Shown in pieces: positions 8,060 to 16,411 of a stretch of DNA of 32,000 nt (the first letter of the stretch is position 1; each line of letters begins with the position of its first letter). The stretch spans positions 4,500,001-4,532,000 of the forward strand of contig NC_009925.1 of assembly GCF_000018105.1 (NCBI RefSeq). The letters are read 5' to 3'. Origin of the DNA: Acaryochloris marina MBIC11017 (GTDB lineage Bacteria > Cyanobacteriota > Cyanobacteriia > Thermosynechococcales > Thermosynechococcaceae). The notes under the pieces are model-generated. The model saw only the letters and a program-made list of their open reading frames with translations, had not been told where the DNA came from and ran no database searches. The translations under genes and the position numbers were made by a program.

Positions 8060-11000
8060 TCAGGACCGAGAATGAGTTGGAGTACAGAGTTGACGTTCTT
8101 GATCGAGCAAATTCGCCGTTGGATTATTGAGATAGAGCTGTAACCACTCACAACTTCTAATCAGCAGCTTATCTAAACTCAAGGCCTCAACTGCCCAAAC
8201 TTTCACCCCTTGATTCTCAGACGCTGTGGCCACAAACTGACCATCAGCGCTAAAGCTGAGATCAAACAAACGACTGCTGCCATGCTTAAACTCAGCTAGT
8301 TGACGCCCCTGCAGTTCCCATAGCCGCAAGGTACCATCTTCGGAAACCGTTGCCAGGGATTGACCATCAGGGCTAAACCGCACACCTCGAACGGCCCCTC
8401 GATGTCCTTCAAACTTGGCTAGAGATTGCCCCTCCAAATCCCACAGCCGTGCTGTGCCGTCATCGGAAGCTGTAGCCAAAGATTGTCCGTCAGGGCTAAA
8501 CTCCACCGTCCATACTCGGCCTTGATGTCCTTCTAAAATGGCAGTGGTTTGACCCGTCATTGACCAAAGACGAACGGTCTGATCCGCTGAGGCCGTCGCT
8601 ACAATCGGTTCGGTGGGACTAAAAGTAACGCTCCAAATGGGACTCCGATGTCCCCGCAAAATTGCGAGAGGCTGTCCCTGCCAATTCCACAGTCGAGCAG
8701 TACCATCTTTAGAGGCGGTCGCGATGCGTTGAGCAGTGGGGTTAATACTAACGCCAAAGACTTCCGACTGATGCCCACGCAATTCGGTGATTAAGTCTCC
8801 AGTATTCGACCAGACCCGCGCCGTGCGATCGCCTGATGCCGTGGCAAAATACTCTCCCTGCTGAGTAATGTCCCAAATTCGACCCGCATGGGCATCAATC
8901 CGCAGCCGTTCTTCCCCGGACTGATCCCATAGGCGGATAAACTGATCGCCACCCGCCGTCACCATGGCTGGATCTGAAGACATAAAACTAAGGCTGAGAA
9001 CGGGGCGAGCATGTTTGAGAACCTGCACTGGACCTTTCTGGCGCAAGTTCCATAAACGGGTGGTGTAGTCTTCTGAACCGGAGACTAACCATTTGCCATC
9101 GGGACTAAACTGCACGCTCCTCACCCAATCCTGGTGACCTTTCAGGGTTTCGAGTCGCTCCCCCTCCGAGTCCCAAATATGAATGAGGCGATCTGCTGCG
9201 GCTGAGGCCAGTTGTTTACCATCGGCACTGAAAACGACGCTAAACACCTGGGTACGATGACCATTCCAACTGCGGATGAGCTTGCCTGAACGACTCCACA
9301 GGTGCAGATAGCCATCATAGGAGCCAGTGGCTAGGACTTGACCATCCGGTCGCCAGTGCAAACTGCGAACGGGGCCATGCCCTACCGGGATTTTCAAAAT
9401 TCGCTGTCCTTGAAGATTGGAAATTTGGACAGTCTGATCAAAAGAAGCAGAGGCTAGGGTTTGACCATCAGGACTGAACTGAAGAGCTGTAATGGCAGAA
9501 GGATGGGGACGAAAATCGGCTAAAGGCTGCCCCTTTTTGTCCCATAGCCAAACCTGACCGTCATTGGTGGCAGTGGCGATCGCACCATCTGCCGTGGGTG
9601 GACAGCTCACAGCGTTAACGGGCTGGGGATGGGGCAATGTTGTAAGGAGGTTACCCTGTAAATCCCATAACCGAGCAGTGCGATCTGCTGCGGTGGTGAC
9701 TAGGGTTTTGCCGCTCAGGCAAGCATCCGTTACCCCGGAGCGATGTCCCACCATTTTGGCTAACAGATTGCCTTCCAAATCCCAGAGCCGCACTTCCTGA
9801 TCTTGGGAGGCTGTAATGAGCCGTTGACCATCTGGGGTAAAACGAACTCGCGTAATGCCCCGCTGATGCCCGCGAATTTGGTTCTGCTCTCGCATATCTT
9901 CCAAGATCTGCTGCAGGGCGAGCAGCGGGGTCAGGGTGGGAAAGTTAGGCGGCTCTCCCCAATCCTGCATTTTTCGTGCTGTTTTTAGGGCTAAGAGCAG
10001 GGCTTCTAGCTGTTTGAATTCAGATTGTTGCAAGGCTTGTCGAGCATCGCGCTCAATGGCTGTGACTTCCTGGGCTTTGCGAATGGAGGTGTTGGCCCAG
10101 AATGCGATCGCACCTGCTGATACGGCAATTCCCACCAACGCGATCAACCCCGTCAACACCGTCCTTCTGGCCCGTCGCTGGGCTTGAGCCAGGATGGCAT
10201 CGGCTTCTGCTTGCTGACAGGCCGCTAAATAACGATAGTCTTCATCACTGAGCTGTTTCCCAATCGACCACTGCTGAGCGGCCTGTAAGGGTTCGCCTGA
10301 TAGAAAGTTGGATTGGTTCTTTTGCCATTGACGGAGGGCAGCGGCATAGAAGGGCGGTCGCAAACGGGCTACGACGTCCTGTACCCAGTCAGCATTAAAA
10401 ATTTGGGCATAGATGCGATTGGCAACGACCAGTTTTTCAAGTCGGTTGACCACTAGCCCCGATAATCGCAGCTCTACCTGGGCGGGACTGGCATCTGCCT
10501 TGATCGACCCCTGCTGCAAAATCTGTTGATAGAGGTCGAGGACTTTGCTGGCGTATTGTTCGTTACTGAGGATGCGATCGCGGATGGTTCTCAAATGCTC
10601 TGGTTCATCCTGGGCTTCCCAGTTCGCCAGCAGTTTGTCCTGAATAAACTGGGTCACCCATATGGCAATCGCCTCAGCTTGAGTCGGCAGTTGAGCCGCT
10701 GACTGGGCAATCATCTGACAAATTTTTTGGGTCAGAAAGGGCTGTCCCCCGGTCCAAGAGAGTACGGCCTGTAAAACAGCTTGGGCTTGCGGTGTCTGGG
10801 CAGTGAGTCCGGCGACTAAAGGCTGGGCTTCTGCGATTTGAAAACCCTTTAACTCAATGGCGTGGCCCAAATTGAACGGGGTGCGCTGTTTATCCTGAAT
10901 GAGTCGCGACGGGGTGGCAACCCCCAACAGGACAAAGGCTAGCCGCTGGTAGTCCGCATTATCAGTTCGATGGTTATAGCAGGCTCGTAAAACCGCAAAG

Positions 11001-11470
11001 AAATCATCTTTAAACGGCAGCCGTAGAACGCTATCGATTTCATCGATAAAAATGACCAGCTTGTTTGTACATTCCACTAGCAGGATGGTTTCGATAAAGG
11101 TATGAAACCGCTGCACGGGCGACAGCAGGGCCTGGTCACGCCACCATTGCCGTAAATTAAAGCGATCGCTTAACTGAAAGCTGCTGACTAAACTGCGAAT
11201 CAGTCCGGCATACCATTGGTCTGGCGTAATTTGCTGGCTCCCCATTTGAGTGAGTTCAATGGCGGCGCAGGCAATGCCTTCTGCTTGGAGTTGCTGCATC
11301 ACCTGGACCCGCAGACTGGATTTTCCCATCTGCCGGGAATTCAACACGTAGCAGAACTCGCCTGCCCTCAGCTTTTGATACAGCTCCTGATCGGCAGACC
11401 GGGTCACATAAGAAGGGGCATCAGCAGGTAGACTCCCTCCCACCTGATATTCATAAGAGGAGCCAATCAT
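8060..11470 (-). CDS. AAA-like (PF14516-type, STAND-style) P-loop NTPase - single TM helix - 14 WD40 repeats
   Basis: The N-terminus '[48 protein letters not shown]' has Walker A at nt 11315-11341. Walker B '[10 protein letters not shown]' is at nt 11030-11059. '[11 protein letters not shown]' and a winged-helix-like end '[23 protein letters not shown]' follow. A TM helix '[29 protein letters not shown]' is at nt 10097-10162. After that come 14 GH...WD-type blades ([27 protein letters not shown] ... [18 protein letters not shown]). Confidence 0.9.
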   Translation of the reverse strand: MIGSSYEYQVGGSLPADAPSYVTRSADQELYQKLRAGEFCYVLNSRQMGKSSLRVQVMQQLQAEGIACAAIELTQMGSQQITPDQWYAGLIRSLVSSFQLSDRFNLRQWWRDQALLSPVQRFHTFIETILLVECTNKLVIFIDEIDSVLRLPFKDDFFAVLRACYNHRTDNADYQRLAFVLLGVATPSRLIQDKQRTPFNLGHAIELKGFQIAEAQPLVAGLTAQTPQAQAVLQAVLSWTGGQPFLTQKICQMIAQSAAQLPTQAEAIAIWVTQFIQDKLLANWEAQDEPEHLRTIRDRILSNEQYASKVLDLYQQILQQGSIKADASPAQVELRLSGLVVNRLEKLVVANRIYAQIFNADWVQDVVARLRPPFYAAALRQWQKNQSNFLSGEPLQAAQQWSIGKQLSDEDYRYLAACQQAEADAILAQAQRRARRTVLTGLIALVGIAVSAGAIAFWANTSIRKAQEVTAIERDARQALQQSEFKQLEALLLALKTARKMQDWGEPPNFPTLTPLLALQQILEDMREQNQIRGHQRGITRVRFTPDGQRLITASQDQEVRLWDLEGNLLAKMVGHRSGVTDACLSGKTLVTTAADRTARLWDLQGNLLTTLPHPQPVNAVSCPPTADGAIATATNDGQVWLWDKKGQPLADFRPHPSAITALQFSPDGQTLASASFDQTVQISNLQGQRILKIPVGHGPVRSLHWRPDGQVLATGSYDGYLHLWSRSGKLIRSWNGHRTQVFSVVFSADGKQLASAAADRLIHIWDSEGERLETLKGHQDWVRSVQFSPDGKWLVSGSEDYTTRLWNLRQKGPVQVLKHARPVLSLSFMSSDPAMVTAGGDQFIRLWDQSGEERLRIDAHAGRIWDITQQGEYFATASGDRTARVWSNTGDLITELRGHQSEVFGVSINPTAQRIATASKDGTARLWNWQGQPLAILRGHRSPIWSVTFSPTEPIVATASADQTVRLWSMTGQTTAILEGHQGRVWTVEFSPDGQSLATASDDGTARLWDLEGQSLAKFEGHRGAVRGVRFSPDGQSLATVSEDGTLRLWELQGRQLAEFKHGSSRLFDLSFSADGQFVATASENQGVKVWAVEALSLDKLLIRSCEWLQLYLNNPTANLLDQERQLCTPTHSRS
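8150..9874 (-). repeat. In-frame WD40 repeat array (14 units, about 41 codons each)
   Basis: A strict 123-nt periodicity is visible in the DNA. The motif ccatcagcgctaaa / ccatcagggctaaa / ccgtcagggctaaa / tcggtgggactaaa recurs at 8241, 8364, 8487 and about 8610. This is coding periodicity, not a non-coding tandem repeat. Confidence 0.8.
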
Positions 11471-11761
11471 GTGAGCCTGCTGTCCATTCCATAGTTATTG
11501 TCATAGCACCTAAGCGAGAGACCTTCCACCCTAGATGGATGCACGACATGCCGTGAATACTGAAATGACAACGCCCTCACCCTTTGAATGATTAAGGTAG
11601 AACGGCGGCTGCACTACGTCTCGAAACATCTCTCCTCGGTCTTTGCAATCGCTCATGATTCAGCACCCTGACGTTACGACATCCACCGTTCTGCCTCACC
11701 ACTCCTCCGAACAAATGCGAAAATAAAGAGTGAACGGAAAATTTTGGTCTGATATAAATTG

Positions 11762-12280
11762 ATGAACCCAAGAATCAAGCCTTGGTTACGCACTATTTCG
11801 GTTGTTTTTGCAGTTGTTTGGCTCGTTGGCTCCTGCCTTGTCCTCAATAGCCAACCCACTTGGGCAGATGATGGTGCCCAAAACTTCACTTTTGCGGACT
11901 TGCGTTATGAAGACTTCGAAAATAAAAACTTCGAAGGGGCTTCTTTAGCAGGCGCTATTTTGTTGAAAGCCAACTTAACGAATGCCAATCTCAAAGGCAC
12001 AATCTTAACAATGGCTACCTTTCAGCGGTCTAACTTAACGAATGCAGACTTAACAGAGACCTTTGCTGATCGTGTCCTCTTCAATGAAGCAGATTTAACA
12101 AATGCCATCTTTACGGATGCCATGCTCACCAGCAGCAAATTCTACGATGCCACCATCACGGGCGCTGATTTCTCCTATGCCTTTTTAGATCGCGATCAGG
12201 TGACGATGATGTGCGAATATGCCGATGGTGTTAACCCTGTGACAGGCGTTTCCACTCGCGAAAGTTTAGAGTGTCCGTAA
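11762..12280 (+). CDS. Secreted/lumenal pentapeptide-repeat protein
   Basis: Signal peptide (MNPRIKPWLRTISVVFAVVWLVGSCLVLNSQPTWA). It is followed by A(D/N)LxX pentapeptide repeats (ANLTNANLKGTILTMATFQRSNLTNADLTETFADRVLFNEADLTNAIFTDAML). The track starts at TTG 11759; ATG is at 11762. Confidence 0.85.
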   Translation: MNPRIKPWLRTISVVFAVVWLVGSCLVLNSQPTWADDGAQNFTFADLRYEDFENKNFEGASLAGAILLKANLTNANLKGTILTMATFQRSNLTNADLTETFADRVLFNEADLTNAIFTDAMLTSSKFYDATITGADFSYAFLDRDQVTMMCEYADGVNPVTGVSTRESLECP

Positions 12281-12367
12281 ATTACGCTTGAGTTAACAAG
12301 TCCGTATGCGGTTACGTATGGCAGTTGGAGGGGTATGCACAGTCAACCCAGTAAATGATTTTTGGGG

Positions 12368-12850
12368 TCACTTAGGTAGACTTTTCATCTCTTGAACAAC
12401 CATCCAATACAACCAGATTGAGATCGCGAACCCGATTGCCCCGCTGATCACTAATTCATAAAGTTTGAAGAGGTTATGGGTGTTGGCTAGGCTATAGGTC
12501 CAGACGCTGAAGGGAACCATCAGCAAGAGTCCTGTCCAAATTCCAGGTCGCAGCTTTTGGCCTTTCCAACTCAATCCCACATGATCTAGAAATGGGTGGG
12601 TTAATCCTATGGCAGGCAAGATACCGCTGAGGATCGGCCATCGCCAGCCAGCAATAGCTAAAGCAATTACGAAAATAAAGATAATTGCATTTTCCAGAAT
12701 AAAGAAGCGAGTGGATTTTACGACTTGCGACTTTGAGGTCGCTTTTTGATATTCGGGTAGCCAGCCTTCCTCAACTGTATGGATGATAATTGCGAGAGCG
12801 ACTAACCAAATTGCTAAATCTTTAACAGCCATAAGCATTGCATTGCTCAT
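12368..12850 (-). CDS. HXXEE-domain integral membrane protein
   Basis: 160 aa with 4-5 hydrophobic helices. 'IIHTVEEGWLPEY' (nt 12767-12781) matches the HXXEE motif that names the family. The gene is AT-rich. Confidence 0.75.
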   Translation of the reverse strand: MSNAMLMAVKDLAIWLVALAIIIHTVEEGWLPEYQKATSKSQVVKSTRFFILENAIIFIFVIALAIAGWRWPILSGILPAIGLTHPFLDHVGLSWKGQKLRPGIWTGLLLMVPFSVWTYSLANTHNLFKLYELVISGAIGFAISIWLYWMVVQEMKSLPK

Positions 12851-12966
12851 CGTTGTTGTATTTGCCTATTCTACTGAGATTAAGCTGGATAGGCAGAGGT
12901 TTGCGGTGCCGATTAGACTCCGTTCATCTATCAATTGTTACGCCAAACTTGTAGCATCACCATACT

Positions 12967-13338
12967 TTAGTTTATAGCTGCAATCGTTACCGTTCCGCCT
13001 GTAGTGACATCAACGTGCAACTTAAATCCATATAGCAAGCTCATGCCGATTAGCGGATCTGCTTCAGACGCTGCCACATCAATAATCTGAGGTTTGCCAT
13101 CCCAAATTACGGTTGCTTTATGCATATCAAAAACGACCTCACTGCCATCGCCTAAAGTTCCAATATCACGGAAATACCAAGGTAGGCCAAGGCTGGTAAT
13201 GGTTGAAGGTGGAAGAGATAAAAAGCCTGTGAACCCTGTATCAATCACGGCTTCAACGATTTGTTTGGGTGCATCAGCATGACCCACTGCAATGCGAAGG
13301 ATGGCTTCACAACGTTGGTTGACGAAGCCGTGCATCAT
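12967..13338 (-). CDS. Clan AA (retropepsin-like) aspartic protease
   Basis: 123 aa. The catalytic 'AVIDTGFTGFLSLP' has D-T-G at nt 13234-13242. 'GTLGDGSEV...ATVIWDGK...DPLIGMSLLYGFKLHVD' is the typical layout of small prokaryotic retropepsin-like proteases. Confidence 0.85.
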   Translation of the reverse strand: MMHGFVNQRCEAILRIAVGHADAPKQIVEAVIDTGFTGFLSLPPSTITSLGLPWYFRDIGTLGDGSEVVFDMHKATVIWDGKPQIIDVAASEADPLIGMSLLYGFKLHVDVTTGGTVTIAAIN

Positions 13339-13610
13339 ACGGTGTTTTTACGACTTCGGGAGCCAAAACGATAGACGGCCTGATGACCTATCCGAATCAC
13401 CCAGGGTTGAGCGTTCGGAAAACGTTCATAAAGTCGATCTGTTGCTGAAATAGGGGTATCAGCTACCTCAAAAGCGCCCGTTTCGATATCAATTGCCACA
13501 ATTTTGCCATGATTGCCCGCTTCAACTTGAGAGCGTACCTGGGTTTCATAAATCTCATTGCCTTGTTTAGCAAACTCTTCTTTACTATAGCGAGGGTGTT
13601 GAACGGTCAT
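13335..13610 (-). CDS. Small (91 aa) hypothetical protein, translationally coupled partner of the aspartic protease
   Basis: Its stop TGA (13337-13335) overlaps the protease ATG (13338-13336), giving an ATGA junction. 'KEEFAKQGNEIYETQVRSQVEAGNHGKIVAIDIETGAFEVADT' recalls small antitoxin-like 'G-K-x-V-A-I ... G' proteins. That resemblance is by eye only. Confidence 0.7.
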   Translation of the reverse strand: MTVQHPRYSKEEFAKQGNEIYETQVRSQVEAGNHGKIVAIDIETGAFEVADTPISATDRLYERFPNAQPWVIRIGHQAVYRFGSRSRKNTV

Positions 13611-13836
13611 TGGCTGGTGACGTTACGCTAGTTATGCTCACTATTCTAACTTTGGAAATGGTGCTCCAGTGCTGTTGGACCAAGTTGTCAAATCTTGAAT
13701 AGTCATAAGCCTGCCACCCATCATTACGCTCGCTTGCTGGTCTTGGCTCTATGGACCCGAATGCCTTGCACCAGCATGAGTAGTAGTAAAACTCAACTGT
13801 GTACCAAGTTTTTATACAAAGATCTTTAGTAAAGCA

Positions 13837-14787
13837 TTATTCATAGGTTGTCCACTCAAAACCTAACTGCCTGACTGATGGTAAGTCACACAAATCGAAG
13901 TATTGTGTTTCCAAAATCCTTGCAATAACTTCCACCCCCAAGGTGTAACTAGGAATATGGAGTTTATCTTCTTTCCAAACACCCTCCTCTTCACCCTTGA
14001 GGAAATTATATTTATGATGCCAATCATCCAAATGAACAAGCTTTTCTAAATCTTTTGAAACATACAGAGATAGCTCTTCATCTGTTGAATATAATTCCTC
14101 TCCATAACTTTCTACTAGATGAACTAAAAGATCAAAGTCAAACTCGGGCGCTCGGTTTTGTCTGACTACATCTTTTGATGGAATTTCAACTAAGTCATTA
14201 CGAATATAGACCTCTAATTCTTGAGGGATAATAGGCGTGTGACTTTCATCATATTCAATTTCCCATTTGTACCATTCAAAAGGGGAATGCAAAACTGGCG
14301 TGTCAAATCCTTGTGCTACTTTTACACCAGGTCCATAGGCACGGAGCATCAGTCCTATCCCATCTGAAGACGGGTAGTTCATAAGTAGTTCATATACAAT
14401 CGCCCAGCTCTCTTGATTGCAAAACCCTGTTACTCTAACTGCTGCGATATCAACGTTCAGAGTGAGTAGAGGGTAATCACTCTTATCCAAATATTGAAGA
14501 ATCTCATCTGCAGTGAAGCCCCTCGATTTCTTCTGAAGCGAATATTCAGGTAGGGCCGATGAGAGTTCTTTAAGAAAAGCACTTTTAGAGCTTTCATAGC
14601 TCTGAATCCTGCGCACCTCATCCTCAAAATATTCCGGAACGATCTTGGCTTTAGCGTCATCTTGCACATTTTCAAAATCTCCCAAAATCTGTGCTGCGAC
14701 CGCATCTTGCATATTAGGAGGCAAAGTCAAAAGCGAAGCTTTGATCTTAGCAATGGCTTGTTCAGCAAGTTCTGTAAGTTCTGTCAT
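13837..14787 (-). CDS. Orphan hypothetical protein (316 aa, acidic), no recognisable motif
   Basis: Long ATG-initiated ORF in markedly AT-rich DNA. Spot counts give 18/60 and 24/60 G+C in lines 14041 and 14101. It lies 116 nt downstream of the HTH-AAA-like NTPase on the same strand. The overlapping track ORFs are shorter and out of frame. Confidence 0.7.
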   Translation of the reverse strand: MTELTELAEQAIAKIKASLLTLPPNMQDAVAAQILGDFENVQDDAKAKIVPEYFEDEVRRIQSYESSKSAFLKELSSALPEYSLQKKSRGFTADEILQYLDKSDYPLLTLNVDIAAVRVTGFCNQESWAIVYELLMNYPSSDGIGLMLRAYGPGVKVAQGFDTPVLHSPFEWYKWEIEYDESHTPIIPQELEVYIRNDLVEIPSKDVVRQNRAPEFDFDLLVHLVESYGEELYSTDEELSLYVSKDLEKLVHLDDWHHKYNFLKGEEEGVWKEDKLHIPSYTLGVEVIARILETQYFDLCDLPSVRQLGFEWTTYE

Positions 14788-14903
14788 AACTTCAATCCCA
14801 TGCCAAGGGGAAACTGCATTTTATTTAAGTACTATTTAAAGGCTAGAGATCGTGTTTCTGTAGATAATAAGCACTCTTGTTTCTAACATCTTTGATAGGG
14901 ATT

Positions 14904-16238
14904 TCAGCTCGAATATATCCTTTGAAAATAAGATTCATAGAGGTCATTGCGGGGAATAACTTGATTATTCTCTCGCTTAATTAACCCCATACTGTGGAGT
15001 TTATAGGCTTGCACAGGGTTAAGGGATGCTGTAGCCGTTAGCACACCTTGAAACGCCTGCATCAGATCAGGCGTCTGTTGCAAAGTGACCCAGTGGTGTA
15101 GGAGATGAGCACTATAAATCCCCTCATCACTAGCAGCCATTTGCACAAGCTGCATAAACGTCAGTTCCCGCGTACTTAGGGCAGATAGCGCCACCCGAAC
15201 CAAATAGGGATGCCCCCCAATCATCGCCATTAATTTAGACAATTCACCCTCACTGAGAGCCACCTGATGCAGTTGGGCCAGATGTTGGATTTGGTGAGCA
15301 GTAAACTCCGACAGACCAATAGGCACCCCTGTATTAAAAGGGGATTGATGATAATCCAGGGGAATATAGGCTTCCGTTGAATGAACCAAAATCAGACGTA
15401 ATTGCTGCCATTGCTGAGAGATACGTCCCTTCTCATGCCAGCTCCGCAACATGCCAAAAAAGTCTTCAATAATGTCTTGAAAGGGAAACAGACGATCGAC
15501 ATTATCGAGTCCTAAAACAAACGGCCCCTTCACTTCTGGGAATATATGATCTTCAAAATAAGCCGTGCAATTGTCATTACTGCCAAAAATCTCTGAATCC
15601 CAAAGTTCTGACAGGCGATTCGTTAGATGGAGTTGGCGGCTGCTCATGGCGCAGAGCCACTTTAATAGCTTCTCCAAGCTCGCCAACACAGACTTATCGA
15701 TACTACCCATATCGATATAAACCGTGGGATAGGCTTGCTTTTGGGCAAAGGCCATCAAGTGATAGAGCAACGAGGTTTTACCCATCAGTTGTGGTGCTTT
15801 AATCCGCAGTAATGCTCCTGGTTTGAGCAAGGTCTGACAGCCCAATTGCTCGACCCCCGACCGTTCTAAATAAAACGGGGACTCCGGCGAAATCGGACCT
15901 TCAATAATTGGGGCTGGACTTGAGATTACGACAGGTGGAGCGTGGACCTGCTGTTCCCAAGCCCGTCGTAACGCCTCTTTGAAATTGGTTTTACTGACCT
16001 TCTCGTTGAGTGCCTGCCCCAAGCGTTTCCACAAAGGATTGCCAATATCCCGATTGAGGTAGGCCGCTCCATAGTGCAGCTGCTCCGCCATTTGCTCATA
16101 GGTTTGGTGATGCCAAGACCCTTGCAATACCTGGACTTCTAAATCGCTGAGATGCTTGGCGGTCGCCGCAAAAATGAGTTGATTGGCAAAGTCCCGAGCC
16201 ACGGGCCAGCTAAAGTCTGCGTCGTTCTCCATACCCAA
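14904..16238 (-). CDS. HTH (sigma-70 region 4/LuxR-like) fused to an AAA-like (PF14516-type) P-loop NTPase
   Basis: The HTH is 'LSDLEVQVLQGSWHHQTYEQMAEQLHYGAAYLNRDIGNPLWKRLGQALNEKVSKTNFKEAL', followed by a Pro/Ser linker. Walker A 'KAPQLMGKTSL' is at nt 15771-15800 and Walker B is 'FVLGLDNVDRL'. 'SPFNTGVPIGLSEF', 'IGGHPYLV' and 'MGLIKRENNQVIPRNDLYESYF' parallel '[14 protein letters not shown]', 'TGGQPFLT' and '[22 protein letters not shown]' of the 1136-aa protein. The track start is TTG 16238; ATG 16232 is the likelier start. Confidence 0.85.
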   Translation of the reverse strand: MGMENDADFSWPVARDFANQLIFAATAKHLSDLEVQVLQGSWHHQTYEQMAEQLHYGAAYLNRDIGNPLWKRLGQALNEKVSKTNFKEALRRAWEQQVHAPPVVISSPAPIIEGPISPESPFYLERSGVEQLGCQTLLKPGALLRIKAPQLMGKTSLLYHLMAFAQKQAYPTVYIDMGSIDKSVLASLEKLLKWLCAMSSRQLHLTNRLSELWDSEIFGSNDNCTAYFEDHIFPEVKGPFVLGLDNVDRLFPFQDIIEDFFGMLRSWHEKGRISQQWQQLRLILVHSTEAYIPLDYHQSPFNTGVPIGLSEFTAHQIQHLAQLHQVALSEGELSKLMAMIGGHPYLVRVALSALSTRELTFMQLVQMAASDEGIYSAHLLHHWVTLQQTPDLMQAFQGVLTATASLNPVQAYKLHSMGLIKRENNQVIPRNDLYESYFQRIYSS

Positions 16239-16411
16239 TTTTTGGCAATGCTATAGGCGCTGTTAATGCCGGAACCCACTTCCCAATTAAAACCTATAAA
16301 TTCCAATAATTTGCGATCGCACTCCGTTCCAACACCCAATTAATTCCCCTTGGTTCTCCCGTTTACCTTGACCAGAATGGGGGCAATTGCATTTGGTGTA
16401 AGGAGTCTCAT
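16239..16411. promoter_or_regulatory. Divergent promoter/operator region between the HTH-NTPase gene and the VIT-vWA operon
   Basis: 173-nt non-coding spacer between divergent starts. It has a direct repeat cccaattaa at 16282-16290 and 16335-16343 (53 nt apart). A TATAAAT box is at 16295-16301. AGGAG (16401-16405) lies 6 nt before ATG 16412. Confidence 0.35.

Noticed and set aside
7698-8075. Two overlapping antisense ORFs (95 aa on the - strand, 82 aa on the + strand) in the AT-rich spacer
   Set aside because: The 95-aa ORF has a TTG start. Neither has a ribosome-binding site or a motif. In DNA this AT-rich, spurious ORFs are still possible, and the two exclude each other. The region is kept as a finding, not as genes.
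8150-9874. Regular 123-nt periodicity, considered as a possible CRISPR-like or non-coding tandem array
   Set aside because: The period equals 41 codons and the repeats translate in frame as WD40 blades of one continuous ORF. There is no repeat/spacer structure and the units are only moderately similar at the DNA level.
11471-16238. Calling the AT-rich patch a mobile element
   Set aside because: I could find no integrase, transposase or recombinase gene, no tRNA target and no flanking direct or inverted repeats. It is reported only as a compositional or accessory patch.
11162-16310. Absence of HIP1 (GCGATCGC) across about 5 kb, as evidence for a foreign island
   Set aside because: By eye, equally long HIP1-free stretches occur in ordinary regions (about 1.7-8.8 kb and 20.3-25.5 kb). 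The gap is therefore not discriminating. Only the GC drop is used as evidence.
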